DNA from: Amoebidium appalachense
Lineage: Eukaryota; Protista; Ichthyosporea
Assembly (NCBI GenBank): GCA_963693365.1
Contig: CAVNZM010000003.1
Location: 11,753,651-11,817,650 of the forward strand
Reading direction: 5' to 3'
DNA length: 64,000 bases
Part shown: positions 1 to 13,511 of the stretch, one piece after another
Numbering within the stretch: position 1 is the stretch's first letter
How the letters are laid out: each line of letters opens with the position of its first letter
The notes under the pieces: generated by a model
The model's database searches: none
What the model was told of the DNA's origin: nothing
The model's input: only the letters and a program-made list of their open reading frames with translations
Made by a program: the position numbers and the translations under genes

Positions 1-527
1 CCCTCATAAAGGTGGGGGCGGGGGGGGGGGGGGGGGGGGAACATTGATTAAACGGGAGGGGGGGTTGGGGCGGGGGGGGGGGGGGAGGGGGGTTGTAGGG
101 GGAGAGGGGTGCCTTGACTGAGCGGGGGGGGGGAGGGGGAGGTTATATGTTTACGGAACAGGATACAAACTAACTTAAACCACAGGACTCTTTCTACCCC
201 CAACCTACTCTGAAATAAGCAGAAGAATACCTTTGTTGCTAGAGGTGAAGGAGTCAATTGTTGAGATAAAATGCTGTTTTCCCAAGAACCCAAATCCCCC
301 CATCCGCCCTCTGCCAGTGCCAACCCCACCTCGTCTTCCATTCTTAAGACTTCCGTGCCTTCGTCCCCCTCCCCCCCCCCCCCTCCCCCCTTCTGTCCCA
401 GCTTCTTCCTCACTCCTCCCCCCCTTCCCCTGCCCCACCTCCTCCCCCCCCCCCCCCAAGGTCCCCATCTCTCACTCCAACCCGTCTTTGCCATCCCCAC
501 CACCACTACACTTCTTCCTCCAACCCC

Positions 528-560
<33 letters not shown>

Positions 561-2421
561 AGGTCCCCATCTCTCAACCCCAGCCCCACCCCCACTGTGT
601 GGGTGTGTCTTGTGGTGGTGGTGGTGGGGATGGCAGAGACGGGTTGGGGGGGAAGGTGGGAGGAGGTACGGGGGGGGGGGGGGGGCAAAATTAGCCGTGC
701 TGGAGCTGGGTCTTGAGCAAGCACGAATGTTCCCTTAAGATATCTAAAGCGGCCAAAGCGATGGGCAGCAAGAAGAAAAGGTTTACGGGGAGGAGGGTGG
801 TTGATGGGTCCAAAAGTTGGGAAAGAGAGAAGCGAGAACTCAGAAGCACTAAAGCAAACCCCGGCACAGACACACCCAGGCCGCACCTGCAAAGCCCATG
901 GCCGTGCCTGTCTGCGACCCAAACAGCACCTTCACGTGCTCCACCTGCACCCACCTGTTAGCACCCCCACCAACACCACACCTACACTCTGCCTCTTCAA
1001 ACACACCACAGTGTCCATGCACCTCTCCCCTGTGCAGAGCTCTACAAGCATCTCACAGGCACATCAAAAGCCACCGTTCTCTTTCTCTGCCCCTGACCTT
1101 TGCCAAACCCCTGCACCCCACCACCAGCTCCACGTACCTTTCCGGCGGCGGACAGGAAGCGCACGTGCAGCAATCGTCCCTGGAAAACACACACACGGTC
1201 AGCTTCAACCCGTTGACGGGGCGAACATATAGCCCTCTGGCGCCAGCACAAAGCAGCAACCCATGCTGCGTCCGGCCCAGCAAACAAAAATACAAGCACA
1301 CACGCACAAGAACACACAGCAAGGCGATAAACCACACCGACATAAGCGCTCACACAGCAGCAACGTCACCATCAGAACGCATCCCGCCCTCTCCCCCCCT
1401 GCCCTTCCATCTCCCCATTCCCAGGCGCCATTTTGGACCAATCCAAGATATCCACCCCACCAACCCACTTCCACCCTCACCCACCCCATAGCCCACATGA
1501 CCATGCATCCTCTCAGAACTGCAACCCTCTTCCGCCCGGCCCCAACTCCCCTCCCACACCCCCACCTCCCACCTTTTCGTTTCCTCCTCTTAACCAACCC
1601 CTCAGGTCCACCCTTCCTCGACCTGCTCCCATGCTGGTGTCTACATCCTTGTTGTGCACCATAGCATCCCCAAGATCCCACTCACCAGAGAGCTCAGGGT
1701 GGAGGTTGGGCAGGCTATGTTGGCCCATAGTGAGGGCTGCGTTATCCGGTTCATCTTGACCGCCTAATCTGCTTAAACACACCAAAAACACCGTATTACC
1801 CTTGAAGAAAGTTAGACTCAAGGCAACAATTGAACGTTGAAGTGTGCCGTTGGATTCGAATGCTTTTCAATGTTCCAAGGAAGGAAAGGTCACCGAGCCG
1901 TGGGCCCGGGCTGCCTTGTCACTGAGTCAGAGTCGTGCCTGGGGCACATGCCTGCGGCCAACTTGGCTCGTGGAATGTTGGAATTGCAGGGTAGGAAATC
2001 TTATCTGTTAGCATGGGAAATCGCTGAGCCTACAACGTGACCAGACCACCTTCTAGAACTTCACACAATGAGATACGCCTCAAAGAAGGTTCCTGTTTTT
2101 TACACACACCTGTGAATACATATATCCAGGAAATCAACTAATCCCATAGTATATGTAGCACAACGAAAGGTTTTTCCAACTGCCTTATTTTGTTCTTGCG
2201 GGAGTGAGATCCATGGGCAAAACATCAACAAAAAACACCCAGAAAAGGGCTCAACAGAAGCTGCTTTCTCGACCCACCAAAATATAAGAGAATCAATTCC
2301 TTAAATCATCGTTTGATAAAGCTTATTTTATAGATTTACACACTCAAGAGAACAATCTCTTTCTCTTCAAAGTTTGACGTGAAACTCTAGCTTACTAATT
2401 ATAAGCCGTATCATTTTGCTT

Positions 2422-2493
2422 CCAATCAAAACGCTTTGAAAACAATCTTTGACCAATCAAATGCATAAAATCTCTGGTTCTTTGTAGTCCAAT
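2422..2493 (+). promoter_or_regulatory. Three CCAAT boxes spaced 31 and 36 bp apart, probable upstream element of the hcp promoter
   Basis: CCAATCA at 2422, 2453 and 2489 in AT-rich sequence. CCAAT/ATTGG also occurs in the other intergenic promoter regions (~16731, 16868, 28551, 53160, 60634, 60663). Confidence 0.4.
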
Positions 2494-2521
2494 CAGCTTT
2501 GATTTTGTCACGCGTTGCGTG

Positions 2522-3836
2522 CAGGGTTCGAAGTTACGAAATTTCCGATATTTGAAAACACAGTTCCGAAAATCGTCCCGGCCGAATGGGAACGGCAGAG
2601 AGTCCCCCCCCCCCCCCCCCCTCCCCCCGGGCCCCGGGGAGAAGCTTCTCATGACTTCGCAGGTCTCATCATACACGGGGCATACACCATCTACACAAGC
2701 TGCACACGTACGTACGTGTCTCCCTGTCCCTGTAGAATGTTCAATGGCAGACCCTGACTAGAGCGCCAGCCCAGCACATGTACATGTTGTCACACCAAAC
2801 ACATTTATGCACACACCCACGCGCGCGCGCGCACACACACACACACACACAGACACACACACACACACACATTTACACACACACGCCGTGACACCTCATA
2901 TGCATCATAGCCATGCATGGCCACATGAACATACAATGCATATGCCTGCGCATGTATATATAGGCCGGCCTCCACTTCAAAACCTCCCCCCCCCAGAAAT
3001 CGAACCCCATTCCCCCCTCCTCCGCTGCCCACCGTTCCCTCCACCAGTGCTGCCCCTCCTTCTCCCCCACCGCCGCTCCGGCCTCCCCCCTCCCCCCCCC
3101 CCCCCCCCCCTCTCAGGCGGATCCCCCCCCCCCCTCCCCCCTACTAGTACCCCCCCCCCCCCCCCCCCCGGTCCCCCCCCCCCTTCCCCCCCAGGAAGGC
3201 CTAAACATGGAATGGATCTAGATGCTCAGAGTCGACGGCCACCAGGTGCAGGTGCCACGTGTATCACGATCAGTGGCATGCGTCTTAAATGGCAGGCAAT
3301 ACACACACTGTGCACCACTGTGTTCCGTTGAAAGACACACATGCACCCCACATACACGGCCGTGACACCACACATGTGGCCTAGGCTAGTACACGTGCAC
3401 AGGCACATACTATCTCAGATCATGATAACTGTATTACTTAACGTGCACATGCATCCACCCTGTACAATCACATGCTATGCACCCACCCACCCACACCAAC
3501 ACAAACACACACACACACACAGTCACACACACACACACACACACTTACACTGCACACACACACCGTACCATGTACACGGCGCACGCACACACGCCCCGTG
3601 ACACACACACACACACACACACACAACACACACACACACACAAGAAACCGTTGGTACAAACACACACACCCACACTGGCATGTACACACACATACACAGA
3701 CACACACACCCGGCCTGCATATATACACACACACTGCACACACACGCACGTATATACATACACACACTGTACATACATACACACGCACCATAACCGTTGA
3801 CACAAAACACACACACACATGCACACAATGTCATGT

Positions 3837-3891
<55 letters not shown>

Positions 3892-4827
3892 AACATGTGC
3901 ACACATGCACACAACATAGACACACACACACCGATTACCGCTGACACAAATACACACACCCACACCTGTACACATACACACAGACACACACACCGTGCAT
4001 ACATACCCACCACACACACACACACAATTGCAAAGAAAAATACACACACACACACAACACAAACACAACCACCCAACGTGATTTTCTTCCCCCCCCCCCC
4101 TCCCCCCCCCCCCCCCAACATTCGATTTCTGCCTAAGCTTCCCATGTTGCTGCCTCAACTCGATCACTCCCCCCCCCCCCCCCCCCCCCCCCTCCCTCCC
4201 TCCCCCCTCCCCTCCCCCAGAATTTTTAAATAAAAACAAGGGACACTACTTGACGGTTACTAGGTGCTGGTGTGTTTTCAGAGATCCAATTTATTTGAAA
4301 GGGTTGGCAATATACACATTGTGCACCCTGTTCCAGTCAAAAGCCAGGAAATCTGCCAGAGCCTTCTTTTGGGCTGCTGCCTCGGCCACCTAAGCCTTTT
4401 CCAGCTGCTCCTTGGCCCCTTCTACAGTCAACGTTAACCCTTTCAGTTTGCCTTCTTTAAAAAATTTCTTAGCCATTTCTTTCTGAAACTTAAGCTCAGC
4501 TTTCACGTGCTTCACATCTGCCTCTATATATCCGGCCCATTCATGGCTATCATGAGCTGATTGTGCACTGTCTGTGTCGTCATGCGTGCTTTGAGAGAAG
4601 TCTTAATGATATTCACACCAGAGAAGCCACGTTCACTTGTTGCATTACTAATTGGGATTATTCTCACAATGTTAACCAACTCAAGTACAAGTACTCAAGT
4701 TTACTGATGCGTGACGATTACGATTTTTGGTGGGCCTGCTCCGATGGAGCCGGGCCGATTTTCGAAGAGGTTTTCCGAAACGGGATTTCGACTTCCGTTA
4801 ATTGGCTCCACCGTCCTTCGAACCCTG
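2522..4827. mobile_element. Non-autonomous hAT-type DNA transposon (2306 bp)
   Basis: Perfect 12-bp TIRs CAGGGTTCGAAG (2522-2533) / CTTCGAACCCTG (4816-4827). Perfect 8-bp TSD GTTGCGTG at 2514-2521 and 4828-4835. Inverted subterminal similarity (CGAAAATCGTCCCGGC vs CGAAAATCGGCCCGGC). An 8-bp TSD with short CAGGG-starting TIRs is typical of hAT. No transposase ORF inside. Confidence 0.88.
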
Positions 4828-5182
4828 GTTGCGTGCGCTCCGCCGGCCCCTATGCTCTGTGGTGGTAATTTTTCTTTTCTAACTCAAAGTTGGTATTTCC
4901 AGTGTGTTTATCACGTTTTATCATCAAAAGAAGGAAATAGTGGTTTTATTAAATGTGAATATAGCTAAAAATAAGAGGAAACTATTACTTTATTGTAATC
5001 ACTTCAAGGCTTGCACCAATGATTACCCAAGAGCCACCGACCGTGAGTTCCATGGAATTTCGAAGGAGGTTTATAAAAAGGCGAGTAAACAAATGTTCTC
5101 TCAGTTTGTCGTGTGAGGCTGCAGTGTTTGGCCCTCCGTACAGCTGTGTCCTAAGTCCAGCATCAAAGGCGACTTCTTGAAG

Positions 5183-8100
5183 ATGCAGCGCGTAAGTCCT
5201 CGGCTCTGACTGTGTGTATGGCTACCTCACCAACTAGCAAACTGCATATTCAATGTCCTTGATGCTTGTTTTTATTGCCCTTGCTTGGGATCTGAGAGGT
5301 TGGCCCTACCAGACCATCACCTCAACACATCCATCCCCCCCCCTCAGGTTTCCATGATTGTTCGCACCCTGCGTGGGGCTGCCCCACTACTGCGCGTGGC
5401 CGCTGCCAGGTAACTGCCCCATTGAGGTCTTTTCATGCTTGTGGGTTCATACCTTTCCGGTGTTTAGTTTGACAAGTCGTAGACCGTGTGCTCTAAGGTG
5501 GTGCTAAAACGTGCCCTGCAGGCCTGCCGTGTCGTATGTTGCAGCCAACCGGGTGGCCGGCCTGGTCAGCAAGCGCTCGTACGCTACTGCGGCGGCCAAG
5601 CACGACATGTTTTGCTACCAGTGCGAGCAGACCCAGGGCGGCACAGGTGTGTGCCTTGCCATCCCTTGCCTTATGGTGGTTTCCTGCCTGCTGGATGCTG
5701 ACTTGTGCTTGCAGGCTGCACCACTATGGGGGTGTGCGGCAAGACGCCCGAGACGGCCGGGCTGCAGGACGTGCTGATCCACAGCCTCAAGAGTCTGTCG
5801 TCATATGCCGTGCTGTGCCGCTCCGTGGGTGTGCAGCCCGGTGAGGAGATCGACGTGTTCTCCCTCGACGGCCTGTTCTCCACCCTCACGAACGTCAACT
5901 TCGACAGCCCACGCTTCACCGTCTACGTGGACCAGGTAAGTCTGGCTCGACTGCCCACTAATGCCACCTTCTCTTTTCTCCCTTAATGCCCTTCCAGAAT
6001 CAAAGCTTTCACCCGCCTTAACCGAGAAAGATCTAAAACTGCTATTTTCGCTCGTTTACTGGGCGGGGATCTCACTTTTTTTGCCCGTTCCCTGACCCCT
6101 TTGCCCCGGTCAGCCTTGCCGTTCCCTCCGCACTGTGTGTCTGTTTTTTTCTTTCTCTCCCTGACCCCTTTGCCCCGGTCAGCCTTGCCGTTCCCTCCGC
6201 ACTAGTCTTAGGAACGCCCTTTTCCTACCCCTTTCTCATTGCAAAGCGGTGTTGTTCCATCCAGAGCACGTGCCTGTAACATCTTTTCTCTTGCCGGTTA
6301 CTGACTGGGGCTGTCTACAGGCCCTCAAGTATCGTGACCAGCTTAAGTCTCAGTACGAGGCTGCCTGCAAGGCCAAGGTGGGTACCTCTGATGTTCCATG
6401 TCTTTTGATAGAGTGGGGACGGGGGTCGGGGGGTGAAGGGGGTCGGAGGGGGAGGGGAGGAGGGGTAGAGTGGGGACGGAGATCCGGGGGTGAAGGAGGG
6501 GGGGGGGGGGGGGGGGTGTACGGGGTATGTTATATGTTTTCTCATTGGTTTCGTGCAGGGCATCAAACCCGAGGTGCCTGTCCTTGCCAGCTACCGGCCC
6601 AACGCCGGCAGTGTTGAGGCACTTGCTGCTGAGGCGGCAGCCGTAGGGGTTGAGGGGCGCCAGGAGGAGCTGGGCAAGAGCGTGGCCGGGGTGCAGGAGA
6701 TGGTCGTCTACGGCCTCAAGGGGCTGGCTGCCTACGCCCACCACGCATGGTGCCTGGGCAAGAGCGACCCGGCCGTGTTTGCCTTTGTGCACGAGGCCCT
6801 GCACACGCTGACCACGGCTGACAGCAAGGACCTGGGCAAGCTGCTGCCCCTGGCGCTTAAGGTGGGCGAGGTCAACGTGCGCGTGCTGCAGATCCTGGAC
6901 GACGGCCACCACGAGAAGTTCGGCCAGATGACACCCGTGCAGGTGCGCACCACACCGGTCAAGGGCAAGGCCATCCTGGTGTCGGGCCACGACATGGCCG
7001 ACCTGGAGCGCATCCTGCAGGCCGCCCAGAAAAAGGGCGTCAACGTCTACACCCACGGCGAGATGCTGCCGGCCCACGCATACCCGGGCCTCAAGAAGTA
7101 CCCCAACCTGGCCGGCCACTTTGGCGGGCCATGGCAGATGCAGAAGTTCGAGTTCGGCAAGTTCCCTGGGCCCATCATCATGACCACTAACTGCCTCGTC
7201 GAGCCCCGCCAGACTTACAAGGACCGCATCTACACTACCGGCCCCACTGGTGAGTGGGGGGAAGGGCATGGGCAGGGGGACAGGGTGGATAATGCTGGAA
7301 ACGGCTGTGTAAGAGGGGAGGAAGGAGGGGGGGGGGGGGGGAGGAGGGATGTTTTGGTTAGGTTTGAGCTCTACGGTTGTTTGCAATTGGCATCGGAGCA
7401 TGGGGAGAAGGTGGGGGTAGAAGAGAGGTGAGGATAAGAGGATGGGGCAGTGAGACTAATGTTGGTGTGTGCAGGGTTTGCCGGCGTCAAGCATCTCGGC
7501 AACAAGGACTTCGATACGGCAGTGGACCATGCACTCAAGCTGGACGGATATGCTGAGACGGCCAAGGACGAGAAGCCCCTGACCACCGGCTTTGGCCACC
7601 GCACAGTCATGTCCGTGGCCGACAAAGTCATCGGTACTGAGCCCCTCCCCTCCCCCCCCCTCTCTCCCCTCCCCCCTCCGTGTTCCTCCGCTCCCCTTCC
7701 CCTCCCCCCTCCCCTCCCCCCCCCCCCTCACCCTCCTCTTCCCCTACACTCCCATCTCAATACCCCTTCCATCCAAACATCTTGCCAGACCCTGGAGCAT
7801 GCTTCTCTTTCGTCCTGTCTCTCTTCGGTGGCTTTTCTCCCCTTCCCGTATCCATCCCCCTTCCCCTCCCCCCCCCCCCCCCCCCCCCGCCGCCCCCCGT
7901 CTTTCTTAACGCCCACCACCACCACCACCTTTTACATCACTCACACCCCTGGACCTCTCCCCTGTGCAACCAACAACCTCCCCACTCACCCCCCCCCATC
8001 TCTTCATGTATGCTGACTGCTGGGTACAGCTGCCATCGACGCCAAGGCACTCAACCACATTTTTGTCATTGGCGGCTGCGACGGCTCGGAGGGTGAACGC

Positions 8101-8656
8101 AACTACTTCACACAGGTACTGACATGTCCATCCTTGTTGCCTTCCTAAGTTGGTCTGTTGTGAATCCCATTTCGGTGCCGGTCTTGCCTTCTGTTCCCTG
8201 CCCTCCTTCCCCTCCCCCACCCCCCTTCCTATCCTCCCCCGCCTCCTCTTCCTCGGACATTGAACCCCTTCCCCCTCCCCCCTCCCCCTCCCCCCCGGTG
8301 CCCCCCTCTCTTTCTCCCCCCGCCCCCCCCCCCCCCTCCCCCTTCCCCCCCAAGGCTCGGTCTTCCCCTCTCGTATCCTTTCTTCCCCTTTGCATCCACA
8401 ACACAATCCCATTTCTTGCGTCCCCCCCCCTTCTTCAACCCCCTCCTTTCTCCCCCACCCCCCCCCCCCCCCCCTCCCCCCCCCCCAAACAATAAATGGT
8501 CACTGACCCGCACCGGTGCAGCTTGCCAAGGCCACGCCCAAGGACAGCATCATTCTGACGGCCGGCTGTGGCAAGTACCGCATCAACAAGCTCGAGGTGG
8601 GTGTTCTATCTTTAGTCAAGTGGGGGGGGGAGGGGACGGGGGGAGGGCTTGGAATG

Positions 8657-8716
<60 letters not shown>

Positions 8717-9391
8717 TTTTTGGGGGGGGGGGGGATGATGGGTCACGGCACGGCTTTCAGCGCAGCTTGTCACGGCACGGCTTTTCAGTGCAGCTTATGT
8801 GTGTTTTCTTGTGAGGGGGGCATGGCCATGATGCACATGTGCTGACTTCTTGCCTGCAGCTTGGTGAGCTTGGTGGTCTGCCCCGCCTTCTGGACATGGG
8901 CCAGTGTAACGACTCTTATGGTGCCGTGGTGGTGGCCCTGGCGCTAGCGCAGCACTACAAGACGGACGTCAATGGCCTGCCCCTCTCACTGGCCATCAGC
9001 TGGTTCGAGCAGAAGGCCGTAGCTGTGCTACTTTCTCTGCTCCACCTGGGTGTGCAGAACATCAGGATTGGGCCTAACCTGCCTGGCTTCGTGACACCCG
9101 AGGTTCTCGATGTGCTGGTGAGTACTTGCGGCAAAAGCCTTGGGGTGTGGGCGGGGGGGGGGGGGGGGGGGGGGGAGGAGGGGGGGACGGGGAGGGGAAA
9201 GGGAGTGTTTTTTTTGGGGGGGGGGGGAAGGGGGGAAGAGGGCATGGGGATATGTGCACAGTATGGCATGGCATGGGGGTATGGTTGACTGACTGGTGGT
9301 GGTGTTTTTGCAGATCGAGAAGTTCAACCTTAAGCTGACAAACACAAAGGACGTGGAGGGAGATCTCAAGAAGATGCTGGCTAACAACTAA
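5183..9391 (+). CDS. hcp: Hybrid cluster protein (prismane; NO/hydroxylamine reductase) with N-terminal mitochondrial presequence; 11 exons, ~606 aa
   Basis: Exons 5183-5191, 5348-5409, 5522-5646, 5715-5935, 6321-6377, 6559-7249, 7475-7633, 8030-8115, 8522-8596, 8860-9117, 9314-9391 splice in frame via GT-AG introns. Motifs: [19 protein letters not shown] (4Fe-4S, CX2CX8CX5C), [38 protein letters not shown]. Confidence 0.95.
6090..6203. repeat. Intronic ~45-bp direct duplication
   Basis: CCCTGACCCCTTTGCCCCGGTCAGCCTTGCCGTTCCCTCCGCACT occurs at ~6090 and ~6159 in hcp intron 4. Confidence 0.85.
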
Positions 9392-9448
9392 ACGGCTGAA
9401 GGCACGAATGCACTGGTTGCGCACGACATTCTGTTTTTGCTGCAAGAA

Positions 9449-9488
<40 letters not shown>

Positions 9489-9842
9489 GGACACGCTTTT
9501 TTTTAGGTAAACGTGCATGAGCATCCAGATATATGTGGGCTTTTACATACCGGTTAGCTTGATCTATATACAGTAGTTTACACGTCAATATGCAAGAACA
9601 GGCATGGTGTTGCACAAGTAGATAACACAGGCCATTTAGATAGGACCTTCCACTTCACGATGCCGGAACCAAGATAGAAGCAAGACAAGCATGTATGTTG
9701 AGAGTGAACTGTGGGGGCTGGACAGAGTCCACCCACCGAAATATAAGCATGGGCAGGCACACTGCGTCTGTCAACCATATATGATGCAGTGCACAGTGCA
9801 ACATCAATGTACCGGGTGAGCCGTACACCTTGCCCCCCCCCT

Positions 9843-9889
<47 letters not shown>

Positions 9890-10277
9890 ACACACCACCC
9901 CACCCCAACCCTCCCCCCCTCTCTTCCCCGCCCACCCACCATGCACGGCCAGCTCGAGTGTTTGATGACAAAACATACAACCCGACCACACATTTTCAGC
10001 ATGTGAGGTGTTAATGGATGCGTGGTGGCAAGGATAACACACACACACACCAGTTTAACCGGTCATGTATCGCCAAATGTAGTTTGATAGACCACATAAT
10101 ACCGCAACACACACACGTCACATTCACAACAGACACCCAGAAAGATAGCCTACCTGTAAATTACAACATCCTTGATTTTATACTAAACACGCGTAACTAC
10201 GACCTGTTTATTAGATGTATTGATTGGCTTGAGAAACACATCACTACAAAATTATAGCGCACGCGCACACACACACA

Positions 10278-10328
<51 letters not shown>

Positions 10329-10360
10329 CCAGCTGATACCGAGTGTCCCGAGGGGAGCCC

Positions 10361-10402
<42 letters not shown>

Positions 10403-10792
10403 GGGGAACCCCAACTAATTGATTTCTCCTTGTAGTCTTTATGGTGTCTCGTAGAGAAAGTAAACCCTGATATATAGTCACCACCCGACATCTATGTACG
10501 TGATCATGATATACCGCTGAGGGGATATTCCGAGCAAACCCCCCCCCCCCCATACCTGAGACTGGTTCTCTTTGCCTCGAGTAAACAGCGTAAACCCCTA
10601 CAACACTTGGATTCGTGGATGAGGTGTCGACGTTCCCTGGGGCATGATAGGCACCCAAAGACTACTGAGACATACTGTGCCTCTTTGTAGTCTTAAGCCG
10701 TGTGTGCCATGCTATGTACACGTGTTTGGGGGGGGGGGAGGGGGGGGCAGGTGCACGTACGATGCTGTATACACGTGTGTGTGTGACACTGT

Positions 10793-10823
<31 letters not shown>

Positions 10824-11355
10824 AGGGGGCCAGGTGCGTGCGATACTATGTACACGTGTGTGTGTGGGTAAGGGGGGAGGGAGAGGGGGGGCAGGTGCGT
10901 GCCATACTATGTATACGTGTGTGTGTGTAGGGGGGGGGGGGGGGACTGTCAGTACTAGTTCACTGTAAACATATGTGCAGTTGGAGTGTGTGTGTTTCTT
11001 GTTAAAAATCTCGAGTTTGTCTCCATCATGAACTTGCTTAAAAGCTTCTTTTGACTTGGTGGTGCATATGTTTGTGTCCGTGTCCTGGTAGTACGTGGGG
11101 TGCTAACGTGGGTGGGTAAGTCACATGGGTGGATGGCACCTAATATGTATATTAGAGCCTGCTGGGTGGATTTACGGCAATACCACAACAGAAGTTTCGT
11201 CAAATCACACCACATATTTCTACCTTTATAAGAACCTTCACTGGGGGTGGGTTGCGAGAGGAGAAAAGCGGGCGAGGTACACGTGGGTATGGTAGTGGTG
11301 GTGGTGGGTGGGTGGGTGGGTGGCGCCGGGTGGACGCGGGGCTGGGGCGCGGCGG

Positions 11356-11386
<31 letters not shown>

Positions 11387-11563
11387 AAGGGAGGGGGGGG
11401 GGGGGGGGGGGGGGTTGGCTTCATGGGGGCACAAGGCTACGGTGTAGCCACTCTGCAATAATTATGGGTGTGGCTGTGGGGAGCTGCCGTCAGAGGCCAC
11501 TTGGCGCGCTCATGATCATGAGCCCCAGCCGGCCAAAAGCACCACTCCAACCCAGCTAGGAGC

Positions 11564-11594
<31 letters not shown>

Positions 11595-12029
11595 CCCCCC
11601 GTCCCCTCTCCCCGGGGGCTCACCCACCCACTCACCCACTCACCTACACCCACCCACCCACGCACCCACACCCACCCACCCACCCACCCACCCACCCACA
11701 CCCACCCACACCCACCCACCCACCCACGCATGTGCACGAACACCAAAGCCTATGTACTGTTCACTCGATGCACAGAGACCAGTCCCAGCTATGCGAACGG
11801 TTTGCTCAGTATTTCGGAATCCCTCAGTGCTATTATTATATGTGGCACATGGATGTCAGGTGATGGTTTCACTATGTGCTATGATCAGGGTTTAACGCCT
11901 AAGCAATATTAAAAGGCACACACGAACAAACATATTTAGAAGCACCAACACAACCACATCTTTAACACCGCCCAAACACATGACATATAAATACACACAC
12001 ATGGCATGTCAAAACGCACACGCACACAA

Positions 12030-12430
12030 ACGTAATATCCAAATGCACACAACACAGGCAATAGATCGTATCAAAGCACAAACACATTGCACACACAAAC
12101 ATATCCAAATGCACAAAAACACAATCATATCCAAATGCACACACACACACACACAAACATATCCAAATGCACACACAAACTCACAAACATATCCAAATGC
12201 ACACACACACACAAACATATCCAAATGCACACACAAACTCACAAACATATCCAAATGCACACACACACACAAACATATCCAAATGCACACACAAACTCAC
12301 AAACATATCCAAATGCACACACACACACAAACATATCCAAATGCACACACAAACTCACAAACATATCCAAATGCACACACAAACTCACAAACATATCCAA
12401 ATGCACACACACATGCAAACTATCCAAATG
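12030..12430. repeat. Minisatellite with core CAAACATATCCAAATGCACAC(AC)n
   Basis: About 12 tandem copies of a ~28-31-bp unit read directly from the sequence. Confidence 0.9.
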
Positions 12431-13464
12431 CGTGCAGTGAGGCCCAAAGGTGCACTTTCAGTAACCCCTTCTACTAGTACTGGCACGTCATGACTGTGCC
12501 CTCTAGCCTATGTACAAACAAATCGACGCAGGGCAGGTGAGCCACGTGATCAGCCGCTCTCCGGGCCGTCTGCGTCCCCTTGAAAATCAGAGCTACCTCA
12601 GAAGGTAGCAGCTACTACATAGTAGTAACTTGTCCACACTGTCCTGCATTATGTACGGGGTGTCTCTAGAAGGGCCTCGCAGGGATGGCCCCCTGCGTTA
12701 AAGGGGCAGTACAATCGTACGCAAATCATCGATAACAAATTCAAGTGTTCCGGGCATTTCAACATGGGCACAGTCTACGGCCAAAAGACTGACTTAAGTC
12801 AAACAGTCCATCTAATGGTATGTCAAAATCAAACAATGCCAAGTGCCCTATATTCCATTAAGTATGTAGGTGCACTGAATGCTTTACCCGGCCTTCTCTA
12901 CAGATTAAAAGCACCCCCCCTCCCCCCGCCCGCCCCAACCTTCCCGGCCCCTGTCTCAAGACATAACCATACGACATGGCTCACCATCAAGTCCCTTCCC
13001 TTCAGATCCAGACCGCTTAGCATTACCGTAATTAGTTGCCATGTGCCCACCAGGACTGCTAATAGGCTACGGTCAGACATGTGGTCTGGGCCTGTGGTGG
13101 GGTGGTCTGCTACTCCGACCTGTAGGCCGCCATACTGCCCACTGATGATATGCCATGATAGAGAGCATGTATACTTGTTATAATCCCAGTGTAATTTCAG
13201 GCTTTCCGAAGTGCCCTCCGTGCACCTTGGGCTGGAGTGTATCGATGGGCAGCTGACAAATTAATCTTCCTCGTCGCCTGCTTCCCCCCTCCCCCCACCT
13301 TTTTTTTTGGCCTCCCAAAACAACATGCACACACCCACACCCTCCCGCTTAGGGTACCTGTTAGGTCTTGTGGGTCAGTCTGAGGCGCTGCATGTGTTCT
13401 AGTGATGGAGGCCATTAGAAAGAAAGGCTGGATGCAGCATGTGTGTTCATCGACATATGCATTT

Positions 13465-13511
<47 letters not shown>

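Noticed and set aside
200-2040. Coding-like patches (~700-860, ~1690-1860)
   Set aside because: Interrupted by stops, with no recognisable motif and no consistent splice model.
2050-2093. Heat-shock-element-like TTCnnGAA / GAAnnTTC
   Set aside because: Only two-unit matches, and far from the ClpB promoter; likely chance.
10365-10401. Poly-A runs (also ~60565-60592) as retroposon tails
   Set aside because: No TSD or SINE/LINE body recognised, and homopolymers are ubiquitous in this genome.
10950-12482. 10-bp inverted repeat CAGTACTAGT/ACTAGTACTG as possible TIRs
   Set aside because: The match does not extend and there is no TSD (GGGACTGT vs GCACGTCA).
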